Assembly: GCA_030390025.1 (NCBI GenBank)
Contig: CM059433.1
Location: 16,370,001 to 16,434,000 of the forward strand
Reading direction: 5' to 3'
Length of the DNA stretch: 64,000 nt
Source of the DNA: Squalus acanthias
Lineage: Eukaryota
This document shows positions 39,071 to 49,610 of this stretch, piece by piece. Positions within the stretch are counted from its first letter, which is position 1; each line of letters starts with the position of its first letter. The notes below the pieces were generated by a model that was given only the letters and a program-made list of their open reading frames with translations, was not told the DNA's origin and ran no database searches. The position numbers and the translations under genes are program-made.

Positions 39071-39254
39071 ATTGTGCAGCCGATTAGTCCAGGTATGTTA
39101 ACCATTAGCACTGTTTTACATTCTCATCAGAAAATGTGAATTGGCAGTACAAGGCTGGAGTTATACTGCACATGAGGCAAACTTAAATAAGTCACAGACA
39201 GTCTTCTGCAAGAGGATCACCACCTTGTGGCTTTAATGCATTCGATAGTCTCCT

Positions 39255-39718
39255 ATGGTGTCAGCTTAGTGGTAGCACTCTTGCCTCTGAGTCAGAAGGG
39301 TGTTGGTTCAAGTCCCATTCCACGGACTTGAACACATAATCTAGGTGTTCATTCAAGTGTAGAACTGAGGCAGTGCTGCACTGTCGAAGGTGCTGTCTTT
39401 CAGATCAGATGTTAAACCCCGCCTGCCCTCTCAGGTAGAAGTAAATGATCCCATGGCACTATTTTGAAGAAGAGAAAAGGAGTTCTCCCCAAAGTTCTGG
39501 CCAATATTTATCGCTCAAACAACGCCTAAAAAAAGAGACGATCTGGTCACTATGACATTGCTGTTTGTGGAACCTTGCTGTGCGCAAATTGGCTGTCGTG
39601 TTTCCCACATTACAACAGCGACTACAGTTCTCAACTACTTCATTGGTTGTAACGCGCATTGGGACGTCCTGCGGTCATGAAAGGTGCTATAGAAATGCAA
39701 GTGTTTCTTCTTTCTTTC
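39255..39718 (+). mobile_element. Deu-SINE-like tRNA-derived SINE
   Basis: tRNA head (tggtagcactcttgcctctgagtcagaagg...ggttcaagtcc), same core as 32550-32957, L2-like tail. Confidence 0.78.
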
Positions 39719-40479
39719 TATGCTATATTGCCATTTTTATGTTGATGCTAACCTAAAACCACTTCTCACTGAGTGAAAGTGACAGTGTAATTGTACCTTT
39801 AAAGTCCTCCTGCTCTCCAAACTGGCATTTCTGACGAACTAGAAGTGAATGGTAAGATTAAACTTCCACAGTATTACATTTACACTTTTGACCTCATACC
39901 TGCTTTGAATAAAGGTGCAATTTATCTTCTAGCTACAATATAACTAATTTCAAAGTTGGACTGATAATTACCTATGGCTTCATAAGCCCAGCATGTGGAA
40001 AATATCTGCCAACCTACATACACTTCATTGTACTGATACATTGGCTGTCTGGTATGCTAATATTTCATTACTGTGCACTAATTGAAAACAGGAATGGTAA
40101 TCTGTGCTTTAGAAAATAGAAGGTGCCTGTAAAGTAACTCACTATTTAGAAACATATGCACTCATTTACTCATTTACATGTCTTGAAAAATATCCCTGTG
40201 GTCTATAAAACACTTCTTAAAATGTACAGAGGTCTGTTATATAATCCACGTTTGGCAAGCACATAGAATTACCCGTAAATACTATTTTACCATACTGTTC
40301 ATTAGAAATACATTGCTTCACAATTTATTACCTTGGAGAAGGTGCAGAGGAGATTTACTAGAATGGTACCAGAGATGTGGGACTTCAGTTACGTGGAGAG
40401 ACTATAGAAGCTGGGGTTGTTCTCCTTAGAGCAGAGAAGATTAAGGGGAGATTTGATAGAGATGTTCAAAATGATTAAT

Positions 40480-41642
40480 GGCTAGAAATTCGTTTGCCCC
40501 CGAAAATGGGCGCGGGAATAGCGATGCGGGGTCAAACCACGCCCGTTCAAAGTAATTCAGACAACATGCTAACCTTGTGCCGCCTGCTGATTAACATGTT
40601 AAGTTACGAGGAGAGATTACACAAATTAGGGTTATATTACCTAGAATTTAGAAGGTTAAGGGGTGATCTGATCAAAGTTTTCAAGCTATTAAGGGAACAG
40701 ATAGGGTAGATAGAGAGAAACTATTTCCACTGGTTGGGGAGTCTAGGACTAGGGGGCATAGTCTAAAAATTAGAGCCAGACCTTTCAGGAGTGAAATTAG
40801 GAAACACTTCTACACACAAAGGGCGGTAGAAGTTTGGAACTCTCTTCCACAAATGGCAATTGATGCTAGATCAATTGTTAATTTTAAATTTGAGATGGAT
40901 CGCTTTTTGTTAACCAAAGGTATTAAGGGATATGGGGCAAAGGCGAGTATATGGAGTTGGGTCGCAGATCAGCCATGATCTCATTGAATGGCGGAACAGG
41001 CTCGAGGGGCTGAATGGCCTACTGCTGTTCCTGTGTTCCCATGATTGTGGCATTCAGCTCAGCGCTGAAGCTCCTGCGAGGCTAGCACCAATTAAAGCTA
41101 GTCTGCACCTCTTAAAGGGGAGATGCATTCTGCCTGCAGCAGGTCATTCAACTGGCTGGGGAACAGAGTCAGAGCAGCAAAAAGTACTACTGATGTCACA
41201 ACATGGGAGGGAGCGTGCTCCAAAGTTCTCTGATGCAGCACTGGAGGCCTTGGTGCAGGAGACGAACATGAGCAGAGAGGTCCTGTTTCCACAGTGGGCC
41301 AGGAGGCCCACCAGGCAAATGTGCAAAAGGCATTGGGAACAGATAGCCGTCGTGGTGAATGCCAGCAGTATAGCCCCTAGGACATAGACGCAGTGCAGGA
41401 AGAGGTTTAATGACCTCACACGAGTGGTCAAGGTCAGTGAATTCCTCTTCAAATACTATATCCCACCATCTGCACCACTAGCCTCACACACTGCTCAATG
41501 CACCACACTCCCATCACTCACCTACCAACAATCTCTACCAAACACGACTCATACCTCACAATCATAGTTTCACCTCAACCTGACACAAAACGGCACCCAT
41601 AGTGCTGAAAACTTGGGCGCTATGGAGCCAAATTTATAGCCC
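40480..41642 (+). mobile_element. Internally deleted Harbinger element (family of 3288-7166) with Myb exon 1 remnant (41193-41431) and a nested CR1 (~40595-41040)
   Basis: TIRs ggctagaaatt / aatttatagccc; MSQHGRERAPKFSDAALEALV...WEQIA...PRT*TQCRKRFNDLTRVVK|gt. Confidence 0.8.
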
Positions 41643-41729
41643 AAAGGGATTTGATAAGAGACACTGGGTTCGATTTTGCCATTGGGGCGGGCTGGGGGCG
41701 TGTCAGCTGGTTTTCGCGTTAGCCACCCG

Positions 41730-41875
41730 ACTCCAATGAGATGTGGGGAAAAAATTGCGATTTTCCCCTAATTGGACACTTGATTTCCAGGGTGTGGGAA
41801 CCCCCGGCCCAATTAGTCTTTCCATCCTGAAAGTCGCCTCCGATGACGTCATCAATGCTGCTGGATTTAAGGCCT
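41730..41875 (+). promoter_or_regulatory. Putative core promoter of the Myb-like gene
   Basis: CCAAT (~41733, ~41809), palindromic CRE TGACGTCA (41844-41851) and a TATA-like tttaagg ~78 bp before the ATG. Confidence 0.45.
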
Positions 41876-41943
41876 GCAAGCAGCCTTGCTTCTTCTGCAG
41901 ACTACAAACTTCATGCCCATTGCTGTAAGCCCTTATTTCAACA

Positions 41944-43868
41944 ATGATGTCCAGCAGCAGGCCAAAGTCTGCTCCACGCTTTGAGGAAGCCGCCCTGCAA
42001 GCTCTGGTGGAGGGAGCCAGATCCAATAAAGAGGTGCTCTTCCCTTCCTCGGGGAGGAAAAAGCCTCCTCAGCAGACTAAAGCTGTGTGGATGCAAGTAG
42101 CCCAGGAGGTCAATTCTCTGTCTATGTGCCGCAGAACCTGGCTGCAGTGCAGGAAGAGGTTTCATGACCTTCTGCGCACTGGAAAAGTAAGTATGACTTT
42201 CCCATCACCCTCAATCTGATCCCCATCGCCTCTCCTCACCAGCATTCTGCTTTGCCAACTTCTTCCTCCACATCCCACTTGACACTTACATCCCTGCACC
42301 CTTACCCATTCCCTCTCTGTATGTTCACATTCACTTAGCTATTCGACTATGCAGCCCTCACACTCCCTATTGCTGTGATGCTATGACAATAACTTACAAC
42401 ACACAGGGAGGGCCCTTGGTCCTGGCACCTCACTCCATCTTTGTCTCCTTCTAAGCATCTATGCTATGGAATCTCTACACTCACTCCTTCATTTTCACTC
42501 AAACTCCACTTGTGTCCCTCATTGCAGGAAAAGAGAGCCCACAATAAGAGGGAGAGCGCGAGGACAGGAGGAGGGCCACCCTCAGTAGCCCAGCTCACCC
42601 CTGCGGTGGAGGCAGCCCTGGAGATTGTGGGAGTGGAGGAGGATGCGCAAGTGGGGGACGGACAGACGGGCGCATCACAGCAAGCTGGTGACAGAATAGT
42701 TTGGCATCTCTCTCATTGACATTGCATGAGTCACTGATAATGAAGCTGATGCTCTAACTGATTGACTTATGATCATCAGCACTATTCAATGTTCATGTAA
42801 CCATGACCTCACATCTCTAACTCTTTCCTTTACTCCCCCACAGGACCATCGAAAGCCCCCGCCCCCACTGTCCAGGAGGAAGAGCCTAAGCTTCCACACT
42901 CCTCAGAGGAAGCTCCAACCTCTGAGGGCGCAGCGTCAGCAGAATTCAGAGCACCCAGCACCAGCGCAGACACTCACACCTCGGTGGGACCCTCGCGAGA
43001 TAGAGTAGTGTTGTCACCTGGTGTATCACAGCTCACAAGTGAGCATCAGCAGATGGTGGAGACAGGGACAGCAGTGGAGAGTCCTCGTCGGAGGGTGCAG
43101 GACTCTGCCAGCTCGGCTCAGCTGCATGTCGACCCTGTGATTCCGGGTCCATCCAGAAGAACAGCGGTGCAGGAGTCTCTGGCAGGTTTTGTCTCTAGGG
43201 TAGCTGCGAGTGTGGAGCGAATGGAGGAGTCCCTCGCTAACATGAGCAGAGCCTTTGTGGAGGCGTTGGCGCATGAACACAGCACCACGGAAAGGATGGC
43301 AACCTCCGTGGAAAGGCTGGCTACGGCCATGGAGGCAGTAAGTTGCCGGAGTGAGGAAAACATGGTGAGTGTTCAGAATAGACTGACATCTCTGGAGGAG
43401 CAATGGTCAGCTATTGAACAGAGAAACCACAGCTTCATGGAAGTCCTTCTGAGTAGGACTGCCAGTGCAGAGACGGGTCCCCATGGCCCCCCTGATGTGC
43501 AGCAAGGTGCTCTCAAGCCACTTGCAAGCACTGAGGTGGACCTGACCCATGAGAGGGAAGTTGGTGGCAGACATCAAGGAAGTGGGGGCTCCTCTCCAAG
43601 CGCTTACACTTCCATGCCACTGCAGAGCCCTCGGTCAGAGCCCCACCTGAGTCCCCACCCAACTGAGATCGGCGTCTCAACCCCTGCACAGCCGCAGGAA
43701 CAGCAGACTGTTGCCGAGCCCTCACAGGCTCGCAACCCTAGAGGACGCCCGCCAAAGGTGTCAAGGCAGGAGCAGCAAGAAAGTGAGCAAGGGGCCTCCA
43801 CATCTGCTGAAGCCACAGGGGAAGCACCATGTAGGAGCACGCATAAAAGAAAAATAATGCACAAGTAG
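41944..43868 (+). CDS. Spliced Myb/SANT-like (Myb_DNA-bind_5-type) coiled-coil protein, ~475 aa; exons 41944-42186, 42528-42687, 42844-43868
   Basis: GT-AG introns (aaa|gtaagt...ttgcag|gaa, phase 0; ctg|gtgaca...ccacag|gac, phase 1) join 243+160+1025 = 1428 nt into one stop-free frame. Sequence: APRFEEAALQALV...W..VAQEVN...RTWLQCRKRFHDL-EKRAHNKRESARTGGGP, heptad-rich middle, basic C-terminus. Confidence 0.8.
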
Positions 43869-44126
43869 TCACAAGGGTAGTCACTTGGGTGTAATGTTGT
43901 GTTTAATCTTGAAATGCCAGCACTTGCTTGGTGTGATAAAAAATTCTGCTGGCAAACTGCTGAAGTTGTGGCATCTGTCATTTCGCAAATGGGACTTCCA
44001 CATTGAGGGCTTAGGATGACTTGAAATTGTCAGTATGGTGGTCAGAGTGATAGGAATCCGCAGGATCTTGGCCATTGTCGATGGTCTAATAAGAAGGTGC
44101 GAGGCAAAAGTGTTTGATTGTGCAGG

Positions 44127-44348
44127 CTAAGCAAATCTGGTCAAGTGCGTCCCTTGCATCCCAGGCAGCAATGTGGTCGCGCACTGGCGCCTTCTGGCCT
44201 GTGCAGCTTCAGGTGGGTGAGCAGCAGCTTGGCACTCCTGTTGATGCTGCTGCTGCTGGTGGTGCTGTTGTTCATGGTTCTGCTGCTGCCACGGCTGGTC
44301 TTCGTCCGAATCTGATGTCCAGGAGGAAAGGAAATAAATGGTTCCCAT
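44127..44348 (-). pseudogene. Probable N-terminal remnant of the Harbinger transposase (Q/H-rich)
   Basis: Position and orientation expected for the transposase start; low-complexity MG...QQQ...ARRR leader like other copies, with no catalytic core following. Confidence 0.4.
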
Positions 44349-45642
44349 GCTTCTGGTATATGCCTCAGTTGAGGAAGCGCTCAGTCAAGGTGGCGAGAGG
44401 GGTTTCCCAGGAGGTCACACTGGAGATGGGTGTCAGGCTCCAAACTTCCACAACAATGGGTATGCCTGCTAAAAGTTCCCCCAGACCTGAGACAACAAAG
44501 TTCTGCCAGCCTGCAAATGATGATTGCTGAAAACTCCTTTTTAATGGTGGAGCTGTAGCTGTTAGTAAGCAATCCACTTGTGAGGCCGCCAGGATTACCT
44601 GGCGTGTTCCAGAGGAGGCGTGAAGCACATGGGAAAAGTGTTAAAATCAGAAAGGCCTCTCAAAATGGGATTATAGAGGCACTTAACTGGTTGTTAAGGG
44701 CCTATCCCGCCTCTTGGAGACGGGGTCAGAAAACTCGCATGTGGGAAAATTGCTCGGAGGCGGGATCGGGCCCACCCGCCAGTTTTTGCGATTTTAACAC
44801 CTCACACGCCTCCAATCCCACCTCCTCGGGCCTGGCAAAATCGAGCCCATAGTTTCCAATGGCAGAAGGCAGAAGGCAGAGGACACAGATTTAAGGTGGT
44901 AGGGCAAAAGAATCAGTGGTGACATGAGGAAAATAATTTTTACGTTGTTATGCTCTGGAATGCGCTGCCTGAAAGGGTGGTGGAAGTAGATTCAATAATA
45001 ACTTTCGAAATGGAATTGGATAAATACTTGAAGGGGAAACATTTGCAGGGCTATGGGGACAGAGCAGGGAGTGGGACTAATTTCACAGCTCTTTCAAAGA
45101 GCTGGCACAGGCACGATGGGCCAAATGGCCTCCTTCTGTGCTGCATCATTCTATGATTCTTATCTGTATGAAAACCATGTTTTTAGGTATTATATGTCCA
45201 TGAAATGTCTAGGTACATTCAGCTCAAATGTATAATAACATCACTTACAACCTGATTTATTTGCACATATAATAGCACTAAGGAGACATTTTTGCACTCG
45301 GATGCACTAGTTCTGCACATGTAAATTAGACACAGGTGAGTTGGGCAAGCAGGTCTCAAGGCATGTTTTGCACCCAATTGCTTTTGCATGTAAGTTTCCA
45401 GCCAGCTAGAGTGCTGTTGCCCATCTTGTACTATAGCCTCATTGCTACATGCATAAATATTTAGATGAACACTGGGTATAATTTCCCAGCTTTTGTGTCA
45501 GGATTGCGCTTTTTGCCTTCAAAACTCATTCTGAATGGTTGCAAGGGAAGGCCATGATCCTAAGAGGGCACTGGGTTTTAGAGATTTCTTTTGGATGAGA
45601 TACAGTACTCTTTCAGCACTTTTTATTGTAGACGTTTTCATT

Positions 45643-46739
45643 GGCCCAGAATTTGCGATTGGAGGCTTCCAGCGGGGGAAAAATTCGATTGATTTGCACC
45701 TCACGTTAGCGCCTTCTTAGGTGCAAAGCAACTAGCAGCTGGGCGCAAAATTCAGCGGGAAGTTAGCGGCAGCGGTAACCGTTAGTGCCCTGTGGTGCTG
45801 CGCCGTCGGCGATGACGTCATCGCCGTGTGCAGCGCCCCGGCTGCAATCTTCGGGAGCGCCCCCTAACTTACCGACAGGGGGCCTACCTGCGGCCGGGAC
45901 GGCGCAAATTAAAGGAAAGGTGCCAGGCAGCCATTTTTGTTGCTGGCCACCTGCCAGCACCTGCCCACTTAGCCGTCCTCGGCCTTCTGAGCAGCCCCCC
46001 CGCAGAGTGCCGGTTGCGCTCCATGATTCCCGGCACTTCTCTTGAGTGCCGGGCTCTTTTGCCAGCACTCCGATCCCTGGTGGCCCAGCTGGGCCCCGGG
46101 TCGTGCTGCGCTTGGCCCCTCCCCTTTAATAAGGGGAGGAAGGCCTGCAGTACCGCGGTGCGACGTGCTGCAGAGCGTGGCGCTGTGGCATGCAGCGTGG
46201 CGATATTCACGCGCAGCGCCCCAAGAGGGAGGCGGGGCTCTTCCAGTAGCGTCCCGCCTCCCTCTTGGGGCACTACCGGTGAATGTAGGGCACGGGGCGC
46301 TAACTTTTTCAGGGCGCTACTTTTAGCTCCCCGGCGAAGTTAGTGCCCCAAAGGGGACGTAACACATTTTCTCCCCCTATATGTTTTAATGGGGCTAAAA
46401 ATAAACTTACCTTATTGGACAGGGTTTTTAATGTATAAAATGTTATTTTTCTATTTTTTTAAACTCTTATGCTGGTAAAAGTAGGCCTTACACCTGCTTT
46501 TACCAGGCGTAAGAATTTCACAGGCATTCAGCGGGTAGAAGTTGGGCAAATAGCGCAAATCTCTACCCGCAGAGGCCCTTCTCCCTGGGATGTGGAGGAT
46601 CTGTCAAGAGGATTCTTGACAGATCACAAGTTCCGGGTGTCAGCGCATGCGCTTCGCGCGCCTAAACCCGGAACTTGCACGGCCCCTACGGGCGCAGGTG
46701 CACCTCGTACGCACCCGTAGGGGTCGCAAAATATGGCCC
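45643..46739 (-). mobile_element. GGCCC-type Harbinger-like element (family of 25152-26726), opposite orientation
   Basis: TIR ggcccagaatttgcga / tcgcaaaatatggccc; TSD ATT; 46480-46739 is similar to the reverse complement of 25152-25380. Confidence 0.8.
45674..46377. mobile_element. Nested GGGGGA-TIR Harbinger-like MITE
   Basis: gggggaaaaattc ... attttctccccc; CpG-rich; contains the 20-bp palindrome cggcgatgacgtcatcgccg. Confidence 0.7.
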
Positions 46740-46791
46740 ATTTTTTATGATTTTAGTTATTTTCTATTTTTGGAATACTTTTTGGGAGATG

Positions 46792-47670
46792 AGGGCGAAT
46801 TTCCGTGGGGGTTCTTCCACTCGTCCTTGCTGTAACTTTGGAGGAAGAGCCGTGGAAACCCTGAAAAAAACGACATAAACTCCAAAGTTATAGCGGACGA
46901 GTGGGAGAATGCCCATGGAAATCCTCCCCCTCCCCACAATTTTTATTTATTCAATAGCGTAAGTTTGTTAATGCCTCCCACACCCAAATAAATAGTCCAG
47001 TATTGCTTGCTAAGTCACTGAAGTACTTACAAGTCTTCAGAAGAGGAAGAACAGAGGGCACATTAAAACTTTCGTGGAGCTTGGGGAGTCACAAGGTTAT
47101 GAGGCCTGAGCTGCAGAATCCCATGGAGGGCAACAGATGAAGATAGACAGCTGGGGGTTGGTTTGGAGTACAGTATTTCATGGTTCAAGTAGAACACGGA
47201 GAATGGGGGCATGCCAGGGAGAGAATCAGGCAGGTGGTAGCACCTGCTATATCCCACCAGCCATGCCGGTAGGTCGTGGCACAGGTTACTTGTCAATGAT
47301 GAGGACGACTGCCTCCACAGTGTCCAGGTCACCAGGGGAGTCAGCTGCAGAGCTTTGCTGTCTGCTGCAAGGACACCCCGCAGCCAACCTGCAACGTAAG
47401 CACGGTAGGCTAGCTCATCACTGTCCTCAACTTCTGCGCCTCATGCTCATTTTAAGCTAGCACTGCTGTTTCAGTTAATATGCTGACCACACATCTATCA
47501 AATAGGTAACTGTTATATCGGTCAACATGGCCAACAGTTTCATCTCCTTTGCTGTTGAACAGCTAAACAGCATGACATGGGCACCTAATTCACCACAGTA
47601 CTACATCAGCAGGCCTTCCTATGCATCAAATCACACTCCCTGCACCGAAGCCATTGTGTACAGGGATCAT
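46792..47670 (+). mobile_element. Degenerate Harbinger-like fragment with transposase N-terminal remnant
   Basis: Start gggcgaatttcc; GYLSMM... and SAAELCCLLQGH resemble the SYL...EICQLLQP region of the other copies. Confidence 0.4.
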
Positions 47671-48949
47671 ACTGTATTGTAATGAATTCACCTCACAAGC
47701 TTGGGTGTGGTATACATGCGATATGATGTGAACCCGTTGACACTGTGATAGGATCACATAATCGTCCCTTACGTAAAAGAAGCGGATACTTTATTTGACA
47801 GATCTATTGTGAATAGGCTAGTAACTGTTGTTGAGGTCTGGTATCCTGGCAAGTAATTATTGGTGCATTCCTACAGCTATGGATCTTCCTGCCCCTTTGT
47901 AAATTCTATTGAATTCTAAATTGCTCACTTATATCCAGACGTATCAATTGCCGTTTGCACACAAACTGCTGAGGATCTTCCCTGGGCTCCACACAAACCT
48001 TAAACCAACTACACCATGTTGCAATCCACACATAAATACAAAAATTTGACATTATATTAGATGTGAACCAGTATCTGTCAAAAGTGATTTATCTGATAAA
48101 CATAATGGTACTTTCCTGTAATACATCAGGACTGCTTCACCTCTTCCAATTTTGCACTCATTTCAGATGTCTGTTGATTTTTTTATATATTTAATAATAG
48201 ACACTACATCACAAAGAACACACAAGAACTACAAAGACAAAACATGCACATTTGAGCAACAAGCTTCTTGTTCTTTGGTTTTCTTTTGTCAATTTTTGCT
48301 CATTAAGGTAGAGAATGCTAGTGTAAGCGAATGGAATAATTTTCGCCAACAACGGCATCAGTTTCTCTTAGAACAGGTAATGCATCGGCTGAATATACAG
48401 TGGGGCAGTCCTGATCCTTCAACAATTTAACCACCTCTGATTCCCTTTGCAACACTGGGTGCTAAGGATGCACGGCCAGAATTGCTAAGGCCGTAAATGT
48501 GGAAATGATGTTGTATGATCATTTCTGACCAGTGGAAAAAGGGGCAGGGGCCCAGTGTAAGCAAGTCTTGCCCCAATTTCTACCCTCAACCCCCACCTAC
48601 CTGAAATACAGTGTTCTTATGGTGGAACGGATGATACAATTTGAGCCCAAAATTACTGAGTGGTAGCGAAGATTTCTACATTATTGTACTCTCCCTTTTC
48701 TTTCAGTTTCCACTGACACCATACATAAGTGTAGTGTCAAGTATTAAAGTATTTCTCTAGCAGCAATTCTTTAGTATGGATTCAGCAATAGCAGCAGCCT
48801 ATGCAGTCACCAATGAAGAATAAAAGAAAAGATGACAGCAAAATAAAAAGCCACAGGCTCTTCATTGCTAATATATTTTGAATGCAATGTGAAGTCTAAA
48901 CTGCATTATTTTCGCAAGTGACTTGGTAGAGCCCCTACACATTTCTTAG

Positions 48950-49490
48950 GATTATATCAGTTTGTACGTAGAATACAAATCAGAGGAAGTTGTGATCAAA
49001 CTAGTCAGATCACACCTTGAGTACTGTGTCTAGTTCTGGTCGCCGAGAAACTAGGGAGACAATCAAGCACTGTTCGCCGTGCAAAGAAAAGCCACAAGGT
49101 TGATCTATAGCGCCAGTGATCTGAGTCAAGAGGACATACTGGAGAAACCTGGGCTTTACAGCCTGGAAGGGAGGTGTCTGAGATGTGATCTTATAGAGAT
49201 ATATGAGGTAGTGATATGGAAAAGGTTAATGCAGAACACTACTTTAAATGAACAGTGGAAGTAGGACAAAGGAACACTGGTTCAAACTAGCGAAAGGTAA
49301 TTTTAATGATACCAGGAGGTTTTTCTTCACTTGGAGGTTGATCAACACTTGGAATGGACTACTCAGCAGAGTGCTGGAGGTGAAGGCCATGGAATCATTT
49401 AAGAAATATTTAGATGCAGCAATAGGGAGAGTGTAGAGTTGTTGAGGGTGGATGTGTTAAGATGGCCTTCCTCATCTGTAAGTATCTTGT
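48950..49490 (+). mobile_element. Old CR1 3' fragment
   Basis: HLEYCV.FWSP; GLYSLEGRCLRCDLIEIY; FFFTWRLINTWNGL. Confidence 0.75.
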
Positions 49491-49610
49491 GATCACAATA
49501 TTGTTTGCTTCAAATATGTGCAGAGATGGAGACCCTGTTAAGGATGAAGGCTTTTCCTTCAACTTAGTGTTTGCTCCCTTCTGGGTTTGTCCTGCTGAAT
49601 TTAGAGAGAA

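Larger units (their letters stand above)
41666..44848 (+). mobile_element. Harbinger element with an intact Myb-like gene and a deleted transposase core
   Basis: 16-bp TIR gggttcgattttgcca / tggcaaaatcgagccc (15/16 match); no DDE motifs on the minus strand. Confidence 0.85.
40330..45160 (+). mobile_element. CR1 3' fragment (40330-40479, 41643-41665, 44849-45160) split by two Harbinger insertions
   Basis: Collinear CR1 sequence (LEKVQRRFTRMVP ... KGFD ... LWNALPERVV) resumes after each insertion. Confidence 0.75.

Noticed and set aside
45670..46380. CpG-island-like host gene promoter with several ORFs
   Set aside because: Bounded by TIRs and nested in another element; the ORFs are GC-content artefacts.
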